Positions 47,171 to 61,735 of a stretch of 64,000 nucleotides of DNA are shown in pieces. Below the pieces are notes generated by a model. The model saw only the letters and a program-made list of their open reading frames with translations. It was not told the DNA's origin and ran no database searches. How positions within the stretch are numbered: position 1 is the stretch's first letter; each line of letters starts with the position of its first letter. Source of the stretch: Nemertoderma westbladi (Eukaryota; Animalia; Xenacoelomorpha); assembly GCA_032718475.1 (NCBI GenBank), contig JAUCBJ010001928.1, positions 1 to 64,000 on the forward strand. The letters run 5' to 3'. Made by a program: the position numbers and the translations under genes.

Positions 47171-48952
47171 ACTAAACCGGATCCCTTATCCCACGCCAGT
47201 TTCTTATATATTGAAGAAATATATATTCCTACAATAACTGATAGGCTTTTATATATATATATATATATAGGACTTAACACCAATATGGAAGTACGATTGC
47301 ACAATCCTGGTAATATGATTGTGGGAACCTTCTCCAGTTAGATAAATCGACTATTACAGCATTGTTATCCTGTCTTTCATACTATATGTTTAATCTTTAA
47401 TCCAGGCAAATGGAGCACCCATGAAAACAAGTATATATATAATAGTCACCCAACAGAAAACGGCACAAAATACCAAGAAACAGTTGATCAAGATTATTCT
47501 GGTAAATTTATTTCATTATTATGAAGGTTATTTGTACGTTTTATATCCAAAAATAATTAACGAAGGAAGGAGTCACTATGCATCACAAGGTTTGGCATGG
47601 CAACACATTTATAAAAGTCTACAGATATCCCAACATTAACTAAAGCAATATCAATGTTGTGTCACAAATTCAACAATATGGCATAAAAGTTAAGTTTAAA
47701 GAATCACAAATGTAACAGTTATATTTTGTAGTTATAGCCAGCCATATATACATATTTATAAATGCCTTGAAGGTTTAGATAAATATGTAAACCAAGAAAG
47801 AGTACTTTGGGTGGCCCTGTAGTAATCAATAACTGGCATTGTACTATAGCCTGTTTTTATATGCCTATAAAGAAATAACTAAATTAAAACAAAAATAATG
47901 TCTACTGTCAACTTTAGATATTAGATTTTCCATTACATTATCCCCAAATAAACTAATATATAGAGAGAGAGATGTTAAACTAAGAGCTTTGGTCTCAAAT
48001 GGTTATGAGTCTTTGAGGAAATATAATTAATGAATGTACCTTCACCAGGTTCAATAAGCGTTCAATTTAAAATCAGGATCTTTCTAGTGTACTTTACATA
48101 TCATTCACAGATAAATGAGCAAAAAAACACCAGAAGAAAACCACCACAAGTAATTATATATTATTAGGTTATTGTTACTAAAACGTTTGTTTGTAAGTTA
48201 ATAATAATCCAATTATAGGGTTGTGACTATTATTTACCTATTATATTGTTTTTAATGAATTAGTTAAATCCCTATACTTGTCACGAAGCCATATATCGTG
48301 CAAAGAGGACAAAAGCAGCAAAAAAGGATAAAAAGATAGCAGGATTAAACACTATCAATATAACTATAATAAAATAATAGGAAATATCTATCTGTTTACA
48401 TATTTGATATACAAGCAGCAGCTAGTGGTGACATTCATGCGATGTTCGATACCTAGATGGGGCAGCACTGTTTGGGTGCAGTACTTTAAATGTTGCAGCC
48501 TAGCTAAACCCTGGCTTTCATCCTTGACTGGTTGATAAATGGGGGAACCAAGATAACTTCGGTTAACAAGAGCAAAAGATTATCCCATTCATATTTGATA
48601 TAAAAGAGAACAAAATATCAAATTACACCTCTTTCAGAGTGTTATCTTCAAAATCTTTCAAAACTGAAAAATTCACAAAATTACAAATAAGTTTATTATT
48701 ATAAGCTTATATGATTTAATAGATTGTATTTATTCATAGAATGTTGTTTGTAATTTAAATAAATTCCACATATATTAATAAGTATTAAGTACACCCCATA
48801 AATCATATGTTTTATGCTATTCATATGGGATGAAATACATTGGGATGTATGACAAATACGCATTACATACACTGACTAAATATACAATACCTATATTATA
48901 TAATTATATAATATATATAATAATACATTGTGAATATAATTATTATCTCACG

Positions 48953-50199
48953 GTGGGGCTGAACCAACAACATTTTATAAAATAAAAATGCCACCCAAAC
49001 TAACTGATTTCATTTTTTGGTATACTTCAACACCCTGATTCCGACCCTGATATTTTCAAAATATTTTGCTGGTATCTTTTTCTTAAAATTACAAAATAAA
49101 TTAGTAATACTATTTATAATAATGCTATATATATTATAAAAAATGCCCAGACCAAATTATATCATTTTATCGAGAATTTCAATCAACCTGATTTCGAAAC
49201 TGTTAATTTTATATTTCGTTTAGAGTTTCTTTCTAGAGATTTTTAGATCTTTAGAGATTCTTTTAGAGTAATTAAATAAATTAAATATTAAATGATATTA
49301 ATATTATATTAGCAAACTGGCTAATATATTCAATTGTAGTGAAGTCCACTTACCCTACTGCTATTGTATTGATATTAGTATCATTCGAACCGCAATGGTC
49401 GATTTAGTGGGGGGTAGACACCATCAAAACAATGGTCGAGTTATTGCTTCTCGAGATATCGGTCAAAATGTGAGCGCGATTCACATAAATGAGCACATAA
49501 CTTCAGCAATTTAACATCAATATATCACCATATCACTAAAAATATCAATTTTTTTATACTAATATTGTTTTGATGGAGTCTACAACTATTAATTCGACCA
49601 TTGCGGTTCAAATAAGCATATTCCCTAAGTCTGTTATTTATGTCGAAGTCTGATTTTTAGTGATATGGTGATATATTGCATTAACTTGCTTACCTTAGTG
49701 TAAGTTAAGTCAGGGCTCACATTTTGACCGATATCTCGAGAAGTAATAACTCTACCGTTGTTTTGATAATGTCAACACCCACTAAATTGACCATTGCGGT
49801 TCGAATGATGCTAATATCAGTGCAATAGGAGTAAGAGAAGTTGATATTCACTACAATTTAATATTAGGCAGTTCTGCTATATAATATTAATATATTTAAT
49901 ATTATTTTAGAATATTATTACTCTAAAAGACACCGACGAAATAATATAAAATTAACAGATTCGGAACCAGGCTGATTAAAAGTCTCGAAAAATGATATAA
50001 TTTGGTCTGGGCATTTTTTATAATATATATAGCATTATTATAAATAGTATTACTAATTTATTTAGTAATTTTAAGAAAAAGGCAGCGGCAAAAGATTTTG
50101 AAAATATCATTTTTAGAATCAGGGCGTTGAAGTGCCCCAAGGAATGAAATCAGTTTGGCCGGGCATTTTTCTTTTATAAAAAGTTGGTTCAGCCCCATC
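48953..50199. mobile_element. ~1.25-kb near-palindromic foldback/MITE
   Basis: TGGGGCTGAACCAAC ... GTTGGTTCAGCCCCA ends; arms complementary over ~600 bp (for example CTCGAGATATCGGTCAAAATGTGAGC and its reverse complement). Confidence 0.85.
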
Positions 50200-50323
50200 A
50201 TGATCTGAGCAAATTGATAACTCTGTAATTTGGCATAGATGATATCTGCCAATAATGTTTCTAAGATTGTATATAATAATGGTTTAAATATATGTTTTAA
50301 TTCTTTAACATTGATCATCATCC

Positions 50324-50467
50324 TTAACCATTTAGCTCAATCTTGTAGCCCTTTATTAGATTGAAAGTGATCACTCGGAACAATATTTTCCAAGCTTCTT
50401 CAACTGCAGGAGACCAAACTTGGGATAAACTTGGTTTGATGGAGTGAAGAAACTGCTTTCCAAACAT
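50324..50467 (-). CDS. Globin X-like gene B, last exon
   Basis: cag|MFGKQFLHSIKPSLSQVWSPAVEEAWKILFRVITFNLIKGYKIELNG*. Confidence 0.88.
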   Translation of the reverse strand: MFGKQFLHSIKPSLSQVWSPAVEEAWKILFRVITFNLIKGYKIELNG

Positions 50468-51869
50468 CTGCGTCATAACAATAATATATAATACAATACT
50501 TAATTTAAATAATATTTTAGTAATAATATCAGACTTTAATTATTAATAAATGATAGTTGTAATATATATTTCAATAACAATAGTTATCATTGTCAAGTAA
50601 TGCTATGTATGATCAGTAATTATCGATTGCAGTGATATAGGCAATTTATGACACCATGATATCATACTGGTTGCTAATTAAATAATGTATTACATATGGT
50701 CTGGAGTTGATATGGGTGGGGGTGGGGGTGATGGGGGGGGGGGGGGGGGGGGGTATATAATTGTAATGATTTTGGTGGGGCAATTATGCATGATACGAGT
50801 TTCGGTGATAAATTAATATAGGTCTGATTATCTATGTTCAACTCCAGATGGTTTGCTATCTCCATTCTTTAAGCCATTGATTATTTTTATGTCCATTCTT
50901 TTGACTTTTTTGTCAGTCTTTTTTTAGGAATTGTGCATAATGAATAACTTTTGAGGTCCGTAAATGACTTTTTATGTATACATTTCTTCAAACTATCAGA
51001 CTGCTGATTTCTGGACTGTCAGAGGCTCTTACAGTTTGCCGTGGCACCTTTAAACATTATAGATTATATTTAAAAAAATTATATAAAAAAATATTCAAAG
51101 ATAACATAGCCTACAATAAAAAATTAAAAAAAATTTACAAATAAGATAGTTTTTTTTATTTTTTGTTCTAGAACAAAAAAATATTTGTTTTAGAACAACA
51201 TTTTTATAAAAAACATAATTAGAATTACGTACAATTACATTTTGTTAAGTTTTGTCATTCGTGTAGCTAATGTTTTAATTGTTTGTTACTAAACTGGGAA
51301 CACTTCCTACAAGTGTTCTAAAAAAAACTAGCTATACAAAGATAGCCTAACATACAATAAAAAATTTAAAAAATTTACAAATTAGTTAGTTTTTATTTTA
51401 TTTTTTGTTCTAGAACAAAAAATATTTGCTCTTGAACAAAATTATTATAAAAAACAAAACTAAAATTTATAGTTATGTTATTATGTTAAAATGAATGATT
51501 AAAAGAGTCATTATATTATATCAAAAAATTGCTATAATGGCACGCCAAAGTGTAAGTAAGAGTCCCCTGTCGGACTGTCAGACAGTTGATTTTGACATGC
51601 CTGTGCCAAAACATTCAAAATTTGTTGATTTCTGGACTATCGGACAGTTAATTTCACTCTGCATGTTCAATTTAAAATTTGTTGATTTCTTGACAGTTTA
51701 CTTTACAATACTTGTGGCAAAACAGTCACAATTTGATGATTTATAGACTATGAGATAGATTTCCATATGCGTTTATGGTAAAAAAAACTCTAAATTTAAT
51801 AATTTCTGGATGTTGTCGATAATAGATGACTAGCAAAACAGTCACTTTATAGCCAAAAACAATTACCAA

Positions 51870-52330
51870 TTAATGGAAAGGAACAGATTAGAGAGGGCGG
51901 CTATTCGAACCAAAACAATAAAAGATCACCTTTCTAATGAGGGAAAGGATCAGGTAACATAGGCGGCCTTTTCTAACCAAAACAATAAGAGATAAGATCG
52001 GTAAAACAATAAGAGCGGTAACAGACTGGCATTTCTAAGCCAAAACAATAAACAATATTATTACAAATTAAGGGAAATGAGCAGGTTACAGAGGCGGGCT
52101 TTTCTAACCAAAACAATTAACGATTACTTTTACAAAATGAGTGAAAGGATCAGGTTTCAGAGGCAGGCTTTTTTAAACAAAACAATAAACGGTCACTTTA
52201 CCAAATGAGGGAAAGTAGCAGGTTACGGAGGCGGGATTTTCTAACCAAAACAATAAATGATTACTTTTACCCATTAAGGGAGAGGAGCGGAGCTGGTTAC
52301 AGAAAATGGCTTTTCTAACCAAAACATGAC
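51870..52330. repeat. ~60-bp diverged minisatellite (~7-8 units)
   Basis: TTTCTAACCAAAACAATAA...GAGGGAAAGGA.CAGGTTACAGAGGCGGG repeated; an inverted single unit lies at ~59815-59890. Confidence 0.8.
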
Positions 52331-55300
52331 ATTATAATATAATGTCTGTTTATTAATTATTTTAATTTGCAGTAAAATGTACTGAAGTTGTCAACAGTTG
52401 TACGAAATTATAGTGTTTTTTCTCATGTTAATGTTAAACTCAGGTTTTCTCTACCAGTCTGCCAGTTGATAGTCTGACAGTCTGGATGTCATAATATTTA
52501 TAGGTAAAAAAAGAACAATAAAATAGGTAAAAAAAAATGGTTTGAAAAAATAGGTAAAATGATGATAAAAATAGGTAAAATGATTAAAAAGAATAGGTAC
52601 CGAAAAATAACTCCCATAAAATAATAAGCTCACATCAGGCAAGTAAAAAATTTATGGGGCATACCACAAATTGATTCTGTGATATTAAATCGCCCTTGTT
52701 GACTAAAAATAGTTGTCACAGTTTTTGTTACATCCACACTGTAGTCTATGATTGTGGTGGGGGTCAGAGACAACAGAGCCTTATATGGGATGTTAGATAG
52801 GGTGGAGTTCTGACGATGGAGGCTGTGTTGTCAATTATTGATGAGGTGATTAAGAGTGAATCGAGCAAGCCTAATTGGTGGTGAGGAACGAGTGAGGATA
52901 ACATGTAATAATTAACTTCTTATTCAATTATAATTATTTTTTGTATGCCAGCCACACAAACTGCTCAAATATTTGTCGAAATTATATTGAATCTTATTTA
53001 TTTTTTCGATGATTTGTATTATTATTAGATTTTGAGTAATGCATCAGGGGGATAACGCCTTTACCAATAGGCCTCATCTCAGATCATCAAGTTCTCACGC
53101 TGCAGGGCTGGCTGACTCTTTAGGCTTCGGGCCAGCTATACTTCAGTTATGCAGTTGAATGAAAAAGTCAATTTATAGTAGATTACAAATAGAGAATAAA
53201 AGTATTTGATATATTTACTACATATAAATATTGATAATCAAAGGAACATATGCAACTACTACTACTTCATATATCACTGTATGTCAATTTTGTCAGCAGA
53301 GGGCAAAAATCATCGGAATAAACCTTCTGTAAAACCGACATAGCTACAGACACAAACACACTTTAATGAAAGAGCATTAACAGTTTTGGATTTTCAAATT
53401 CACTCCCATTCAACCCATTCGACCCCTCATATTATTACTACCCATTTTCAATTCAAAGTGATTGGCATCACCAGTATTTCTTCACGGGCTTTGCTAATAA
53501 CCAGTGCTACTATGAGGGTCTTGACATTTAATATTAAAGTTATATTATATTTGTTTTGTGGAAAAGTAATGCCAGTGGTATCAGTAATATCTAATTGATA
53601 AGAAAGCTTAAGACGGCTTAAGGATAGTGAGGACATTCATAACACAAGAGTTAGTCCTAGAAGAGGTAGCCAATAGCAACAAACAAAGCTTTAGTAATTG
53701 AAGACTCCACAACTAAGAGAACAAACAGGGGATAAGTGTCAAGTTGACGAATATACATCTTGCTTCAATATAAATTATACCATAAAATATATAATATATT
53801 ATATAAAATAATAAAAACAAGAGTTATTCATGAGAGTAAGAAAAGTTGTCGAACTATTATTATACCAAATTTCGTAGCATACAATAATAATAAGAGGTAA
53901 TATAAATGAAAGGAAATCTGTGGAAACTTTGGAGCAGTCCATTAACTTCCACAAAGTGGATGTAAACTAACCAACCATGCTGCCATATAACGACACAATT
54001 TCTCCATTGATGGTTTCCACCATAAAATATGTACTGACAAGTCTTTCCATGTAGCATCGGAATCATTTCTCAGTCGACTCTTGGTGTGCTGCTACACTGT
54101 ATCTGATCGACTACCCCTCCAACTGAAGCTCTCTTAGGTCATGGGCTGAGGATTGATACCCCACCCCTTCTAACCAACCCAGTTGCAAAGCAACACTATT
54201 CAAATCATCTTGATCTGGTTCATCTTATTCATTTTACTTAACTGTTTATTTTACAATGCTACTGAAACTCTGAGTCTTCACAGATATAACACTGTTGAAC
54301 AGAGATGGACAGAGGCCGGGCTCGGTCTGGGCTCCTTAATTCTAATTTTTCTAAACATTACAGCATAAAATAAAATTCTAACTTTTCGATAAATTTACTC
54401 CAAAATTGTAACATTACTCAATGCCGTTAGTATTAACAGCGAGTTGTTATTTAGCACTTTACAACTTTAGAGGACATTACATACAGTATTGTATTGGCCT
54501 GTACAATTAGTATTGTATTGGTGTATTATTATTATGTAATGTCCCATTAGTGTGACTTTACAACACGCCGTCAATGGTTACCGCATAAACAATAGTTTGT
54601 ATTTATTATTAATTGCCTGACAGCCTGATAGGCCTACTGTATTACTTACCGGTAGGCGGTAGCTATTAATGACCAGTAGCTATAAACTATTGACATGGCT
54701 CTAAACACCACCATAAATATAAGCTAAATTTTTTATAAACATAATTTATGTCATTTTTACATTTATTTTATACAGCAACTAAATTAATTTCTGCAATTTT
54801 TCTATCACTTATAATATATATACAATCTTTCCATAATGTTACAATTTTGGAATAAAACTACATACATACTTGTTGCAAAGTACTTTACAGTGTTCTGATC
54901 CTCGTGGCTTTATTTTCACTCAATCACTATGTTCGTTCGTGTAATAAAGCACTCACATCATCACACTGTAAAGTGCTACTTTACACACAAGTATGTAGAT
55001 ATTTATTACATACACTGATTCCAAATACTATATCGGTTTGTCATCATGAGCCACTGTTCTGGTTGTTGGTGCATTAGATAACTCGATATATACAATACAC
55101 AAGTTGCATAGAGGTCCTTCCATAATATATTGTTTGTTGTTTAAAATGAAATAATTTGATTACGGTGTAAGTAACTGTAGTGTGATTACAGGTTTGATTT
55201 CAACAGCAGAAACTGATATAATAATAAGCTGCTGATGGCTTAGCTAACATTACAGGTACAGGAATTCACTTTGTTGGTAGTATTGTTGTTTTGCATTACT

Positions 55301-56614
55301 ATACACTATACAGTGCATATACTGTAGTAGGCCTACTTGATGTATTGGCATATTAGCAACCACAGCCGCAGTAGGTGGAGTCGTTTAGTTCTAGTACCTA
55401 ATATTTAATAAAAGTGTGATGCTTTGGGTTTTAGTTGTGTAAGGTGGTAAGCATATGTAATAGAAATGTAACTGATAACTGATAATAATTTTAATTTTCC
55501 TCATCTATAACAATTAAATTATTGCACTTGAAATATATTGACATGATATGACAAAGATAAATAATTAAGAACTGTCTGTCGTAATTTTGAATAATTAAGT
55601 AATTTTGAATAATATATAATATTCTGAGGACTGTAATACACACCCCACATAAACGGATGAATGACAGGCAGTTAGGACCGGTACCAGTATACAGTACAGC
55701 GGAGTACAATTTGAATACTGAAATTACGAAGTACGGTTACTGCTTGTACCGGTAGCAGTTGACCGCCGACCGGTGGGTTGTTATATAGTGCAGTTGATTT
55801 ATTAATATTATACTTCATTACTTTGATAATAAATAATGCTTATTACATCTCCGAAATAGCAGCCGTGCTACAGCCGGGTTGGGGGGAGAAGGCCCTCATT
55901 ACACTACACATATGTATGTATCTTGTACCTTATAGGCTCTAAGTAATATGTATGAGTCTGAGCAGAATATATAGCAAAGGTACAAATAAAAAGTTAAACA
56001 AAGACGCTAATAAATCATGAAACAACCCTAGGTACAGGAAAATTTAATAAAGATATGAAATTTAATTTTGTGATAAAAAAAGTATAACAAAAGTTTTCAT
56101 GTTTTTGTGTTTTGTTAACTGGATATATGGCCTCCCAAGTCCGGCCCGGCCCATGATGGGCTGGCCCGACCTGTGTCCATCTCTGGTTGGCCATTTGCTT
56201 CTAATTATAAGAGCTCTGCTGTTAACTGATATTTATCATGTCAGCAGTAATAAGTTCAACACAATTTTCTCATGTTTCAGCTTATGTATACACAGATGTC
56301 CGTCCTTTAATCAACAAAAAAATTATGTCCATAACGCTAACTATTCCTGAATAGAAGGGTAATTCCCAATTTAACCCTGCTGGAGTGACCCCCTTAATTA
56401 AATAAGAGCCACTCTCATGGCTTAATTAGACTAAAACAAATATGAAGTTTATTTATATTCGATTATTTCTTGATTATCATTGTTTTGTCTTGCAACCTAC
56501 AACAAATATTGTGGAGTTACCTTAATCATGCTACAAACCTGTTATATCTTTTATACATCTCTACATCATTATGCCACCCTGTTCCCAACCTTAATGTGTT
56601 GCTTTTTAACCAAC

Positions 56615-56831
56615 CTCAATTAAGTATGGTTTTGCCTTGTACCCAACATGTTTTTTGCCAAGGTCCACTATGGTTTGTCGTGTTGGCCCATCATCCTCGA
56701 GCCTAGCAATAACTCTGGTTAATAATCCCATAATTCTCATACCATGTTGTTTCAATTCCTTCTCAGCATCGACAGCATCATCATCAGTATGCACAAATAT
56801 CTCTTTGCACTCGGGGTGGTCTTCAAACAAC
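56615..56831 (-). CDS. Globin X-like gene B, central exon (217 nt)
   Basis: ag|G LFEDHPECKEIF...ELKQHGMRIMGLLTRVIARL...DLGKKHVGYKAKPYLIE|gt. Confidence 0.88.
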
Positions 56832-57104
56832 CTGTGGGTTTTATACGAATATAAGCTGAAACTATATTATGGAATTAATATATTGCTAAATCACTTGTGG
56901 AGCAATCTAGGACAGTTGCTCAAAAAGAAAATGGTTTTAGCTTAATTTCAGAGATTTTTTAAGGGGTAATTGGCTGGTGTTGTGGTGTTAACTTTCATAC
57001 TCACTGACCTGACCCTATTACCCAAAAACAGGATAATATTTATATCTGCACTTTCAATATTATAACAAACCGGCCAATAGTATATATGGGGGTAGGCATA
57101 TTTT

Positions 57105-58547
57105 CATTCAAGGCTCACCGTTAGAATTAAAGATGGACAACATGTTTGTTTATTTCAGCAGTTGCCTTGGTTATGTACATATGCAGTGAAACAAACCCAC
57201 AGTATGTATATGTATAATCCCTGCAATATACAGTAGGCCTATTCAAAACAGTAGGTTAAACACACTGCGACAATGGTAATCTAAACAGTTGTTTAGAAGG
57301 CTGTTAGTTACCGCGACTACTACTACTACTACTAGGATTGGCATCTGCATTGCATTGCAGCTGCATTTTTAAGAATGCTGTGCCGGCCTGTTGACAAAAT
57401 TTCGCCGCCACAGCTCCCTATCACCCATGACATTTGCTAGATCATCCGCATCTTCATGACCAGTGTCCTTTAAGATGCATCTCAAGAAAGTCATGGGCTG
57501 TCCACCATGCTTATTCACTCCATGAGGCTGCCAAAGTACAAGATTATGCACTGGCTGGTCCTCACGGCGAAAGCAATGTCCTGCAAAGCGAAGGCGGCTT
57601 TGTTCTAGTATCAAGCTTGGGGGAACCAATGAGACACCTCCAATGTTATGTAGTGTCTGGTTGGAGATGTGTGCATTGTACTTGACACAATGAACCCGGC
57701 GTGCAGCATTCTTGTGAATGTGCCATCCAGGGATTGGGTGTCCTCAGCAGTTAGAGCAACTACAGTAGTCTGTATATCGAAGTGACATATCTGGATATAG
57801 TTGATAGGTGCTAAAATGCATAACGGGCAACAATCAGCAACAACGGGCAATAATAAAAGTACAACAATGAGCAAAGTAAAACAATGAGCAACAACGTGTA
57901 ACAATGAGCAAAATGAGTAACAACGAGTAACACAGTGTGTTACAACGAGCAACAATGGGAACAATGATTATACTCAGCCTGACAACAATAAGTAACATAG
58001 TAACTGTAATACAGTAACAAGTAATACACCAGACTGCAATATGTACTGTAAATTACACCAACTGGATACATTAATTTTGCAGTATAATGTACAGTATCCC
58101 ATTAATCCAGAATATACACCATGTCCTGGCCGTGAATATAGTGTCGTTATTTAGGAACATATTGAATGTGAGGTTGTCGAATAACATATAGGAAAGATGG
58201 TAATTTTTCGGACCTCATCTGTACGTAAACGTAAACACCATAGAATAATATTGATAATGATTCCCTATGTAAAACCATGACAATAAATTAGCTGTAACGC
58301 GACAATTAGCCGTAGCGCGACTTTTAGAGTAGCCGTACCGCGAATTTGATAGTCGCGTTATGGCTCCTCTCCCAAAAAATTAGTCGTAACGCGACAGTAG
58401 CCGTAACGCGACGACACCTATTGAATAGGCCTCCTGTATATTGCAGGGATTTTACAGTGGGTTTCACTGGATAACCATAACCAAGGCAACTGCTGAAATA
58501 AACAAATATGCTGTCTATCTTTAATTCTCAAGGTGAGCTTTGAAATT
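57105..58547. repeat. ~140-bp inverted repeat pair (57105-57246 / 58421-58547) bracketing an RTE fragment
   Basis: TTTATTTCAGCAGTTGCCTTGGTTATG versus CATAACCAAGGCAACTGCTGAAATAAA, and flanking matches. Confidence 0.75.
57317..57760 (-). mobile_element. 5'-truncated RTE copy with (TAG)n tail
   Basis: Highly similar to 32712-33150. Confidence 0.92.
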
Positions 58548-60670
58548 TCAAGTTTCATCTTGACTAAGTATTGCTTTGAGGTAACTCACTTGACTTAAAC
58601 TCAAGAAAATCTTAGTCGAGGTAAATCTTGAAGTTGATTTCAAGGTCAATCTCAAGATTTTTTGAGTTAACCGGTCCAGATAAGTGGGATCGGCGTAACA
58701 AGCATTTTAATGACAATCCAAATTTGTCATATATGGCATACAAACACCAACATAGGACATAGAAGTACCACCAGTAGTAATTTAATATGAATGCGTCGTT
58801 TGGATGAAGACTAGAAGATTTTATGAAGAGATACTGGTACTTCATATCAAATCACAAGTTTTTACAGTATGTAAGTAAACTGAAAGCATGTGAAATTAAG
58901 TCAACCACTTCTATGTTTATCCAGTCTGCCACTTCCAAGTTTGGTGCGGTGGATCTCAAGCAAATTGGGTGATTTTGACACAGCGAATGTTTTAATTGTT
59001 CAGAATTGTCCGAAGTCAGAAGAAGTACGTTTTATCAGAACTATTTAAGGTCATTTTTGTCAGGTTAAGAATTGCCTGGGCCAAAATATGAAAATATATA
59101 GAATTCGGTTCACAGAACTATATATAATAAATATCCAATCATAAATTAATCATAATTTCAGTTAGTAATGATGTTAGTTAAAAATCATAATATTGGATAG
59201 GTAATTAAAAAAACGTTTTATATAGGCCTACAATTTATTGCAATTTCAAACTCATGAGAATATAATCATAATAATCATATTAATAATCATAATTATGTAT
59301 CTAGCTACATTTAATTATGATTGCAATTTAATAGTAATTGCATATTACTTCCTTAAAAATAATTACCTAATAATGGAGATAATGTTAATATATTAATTTG
59401 TACCTATATTTAATTATTATTACAATTTCAACCACTAGTGGTGCTACATGAGCTAAGTTAAACAAGCACATTAATATTATTATTATTATAACTAAATAGT
59501 TCAACAACAACAATATAAACAAGACTGGTATATCACAGTGTATGGGTCTCTCACAGGGAAGCACAGATTACAGCAGCAGTAAGTTGCTAGATTTAAGCTA
59601 CAGGAGTGCAGAGAAGTGCTGGGCGTTACGGCTAATGCTGCGTTACGGCTAATTCTTCGGGAGAGTTGTGGTAACGCAACTTTCAAAGTCGCGGTACGGC
59701 TAATCTATTGTCTTGGTTTTGCCAGATAGGGGGGTAAACTGGACGCAATAAAAATTCATCCCTCTCCAGGGGAAATTGGACGCAAATAACAGTTGATTAC
59801 TCTCAAAAATAAAACTGTAACCTGTTCTATTGTGTTTAGTTTATTGTTTTGGTTAAAATATAGTGCCACTGTAACCTGCTCCTTTCCCTAAATTGAGAAT
59901 TTAACATTGAGGCGGGATATTAATTCGCCAAGGCGGGTTTTGCGTCGAGTTTCCCCCCTGTCTCTCGGTTTTACATAGGGAATCATTATCAATATTATTC
60001 TATAGTGTATACGTACAGAAGATCTCAAAAAAAAAATGTAATAATGTTTTACAGCATGAGAGTATCCGGGGGGGGGGGGGGGGGGGGGTGTTACCATCTT
60101 TCCTATGTTCTTCGACAACCTAACATCCTTAGATACAGTCTCAAGCACAGGTACAGATTACGTTCAGATATGAATTTACTTTCATTTTGTCATTCCCCAG
60201 CTGCTTCGTGGTGATCCCGACTGGCATGTTGGTGTAGTGAACCACCTTTTCGTGGCCGAACCATTTTCTATCCAACACGTAATTTGTGCAATATTTCGGC
60301 AATATACTGATATACTCATGTATTCCGGTATACCTACGGTACTGTGGTACTCAATACTTATACAGCAATAATTATACAGTAATTAGAAAATTAAGTTTTA
60401 TTATTACAATCCCCCCCCCCCCCCTCTGGATACTCCCAGGTTGTAAAACATTATTACATTACATTTTTCGGACCTCATCTGTACGTAAACGCCATAGAAT
60501 AACATTGATAATGATTCCCTATGTAAGACCAAGACAATAGATTAGCCGTAACGCGACAAGTAGCCATAAATTTTAGAGTAGCCGTACCTCGACTTTCAAA
60601 GTCGCGTTACGGCTACTCTGAAAATTAGCCATAACGCGACTTTCTGTAGAGCGACAGTAGCCGTACCGCC
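58205..60670. repeat. Cluster of dispersed and inverted repeat modules with TAGCCGTAACGCGAC subrepeats (MITE-like family)
   Basis: 58205-58415 resembles 60465-60670; inverted copies at ~59620-59720 and ~59965-60075. Confidence 0.7.
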
Positions 60671-61735
60671 ACTGTGTGCCGTGCTGGGGTTTTGACAGTG
60701 AAATTCGACCGCGACCATTATTGTATAGAGCCTCGCTCAATGCTGCTTATTGTGCTGTACAATGTACATGCCATGCACCCTGTGTAACATTAGGTATGCA
60801 TAACATTCAGTGATCGAGTCTCCTTTACAATTTGTTACATAATTTAATAAATGTTATTTATTGTTACTTAAATTAATTTGATCTAAATGTTTCTGTACCT
60901 TTATTGTTTGTACTGTTAGTGAATTAAATTGTTGTTTTCTGCAATTCTTTATCCATGTGTTTTCCAATTTTATCCAATTCTTTATCGAAGATGTTCTTTC
61001 TTCTACTATATATGCAAGTATAAGCATATTGCAGTTTTTTCCAACACAAAAAAAGCTCAGAGGTTATGCGATTTTGTGAATTATACAATATTCTTTGGCA
61101 GTTGTATCCACTAGAAGATTATCAGCATCACAGCCATTCCAAGCAAAAGTGAACATTTTGGTGAAAAATAAAAGTACTTAGAAATGCTTTTTTTTGTTTT
61201 GGTTGCAAACATATTGTGCTTCATAAAACTGTTTTCAAATGTTCCATAACCCTCGCCAATTTTTTACAGTGTCGGCAATATGAGACAAAAAAATTTCGGA
61301 AATTCAATATTTTTGGCATAATTGCAAAAAACCAAAGTGGCATGATCTTTACCAAACTGACAATGCCATATATTTTTCAGAATCTTATATCTATGTAGTA
61401 AATAACCATGTTGGTTAAATAATGTACAACTAATAAATATTTTTCTAATAGCATTGTAATGAGTGGATGGAAAATATATCATGACCGTTGCGCTAACGAG
61501 CAATCCAATATTATTGGATATCCAATATTATATATGGATAGGTACTCTGCAGTACTGCTACCGCTGCTAATTATAAGTACAGCAATGCCTGACTGCTGAT
61601 AGGCCTATCAACTATGGTCTGTGCTGGGCTGAAGCCTCATTAATTTTCCAAACTTCCACCAAGTTACATGCTGGCTGGTCTGCCCTTGAAACGAATACCA
61701 ACATGATGAATAATTTGTAACCCAATCCAACTACA

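Noticed and set aside
48038-48120. Possible globin first exon
   Set aside because: Multiple stops and donor phase incompatible with the phase-2 acceptor at 46038
40085-60424. Long poly-G/C runs (~40085, 43631, 50733, 60068, 60411) as regulatory G-quadruplexes
   Set aside because: Mostly within repeat fragments; homopolymer lengths are unreliable and nothing else supports function
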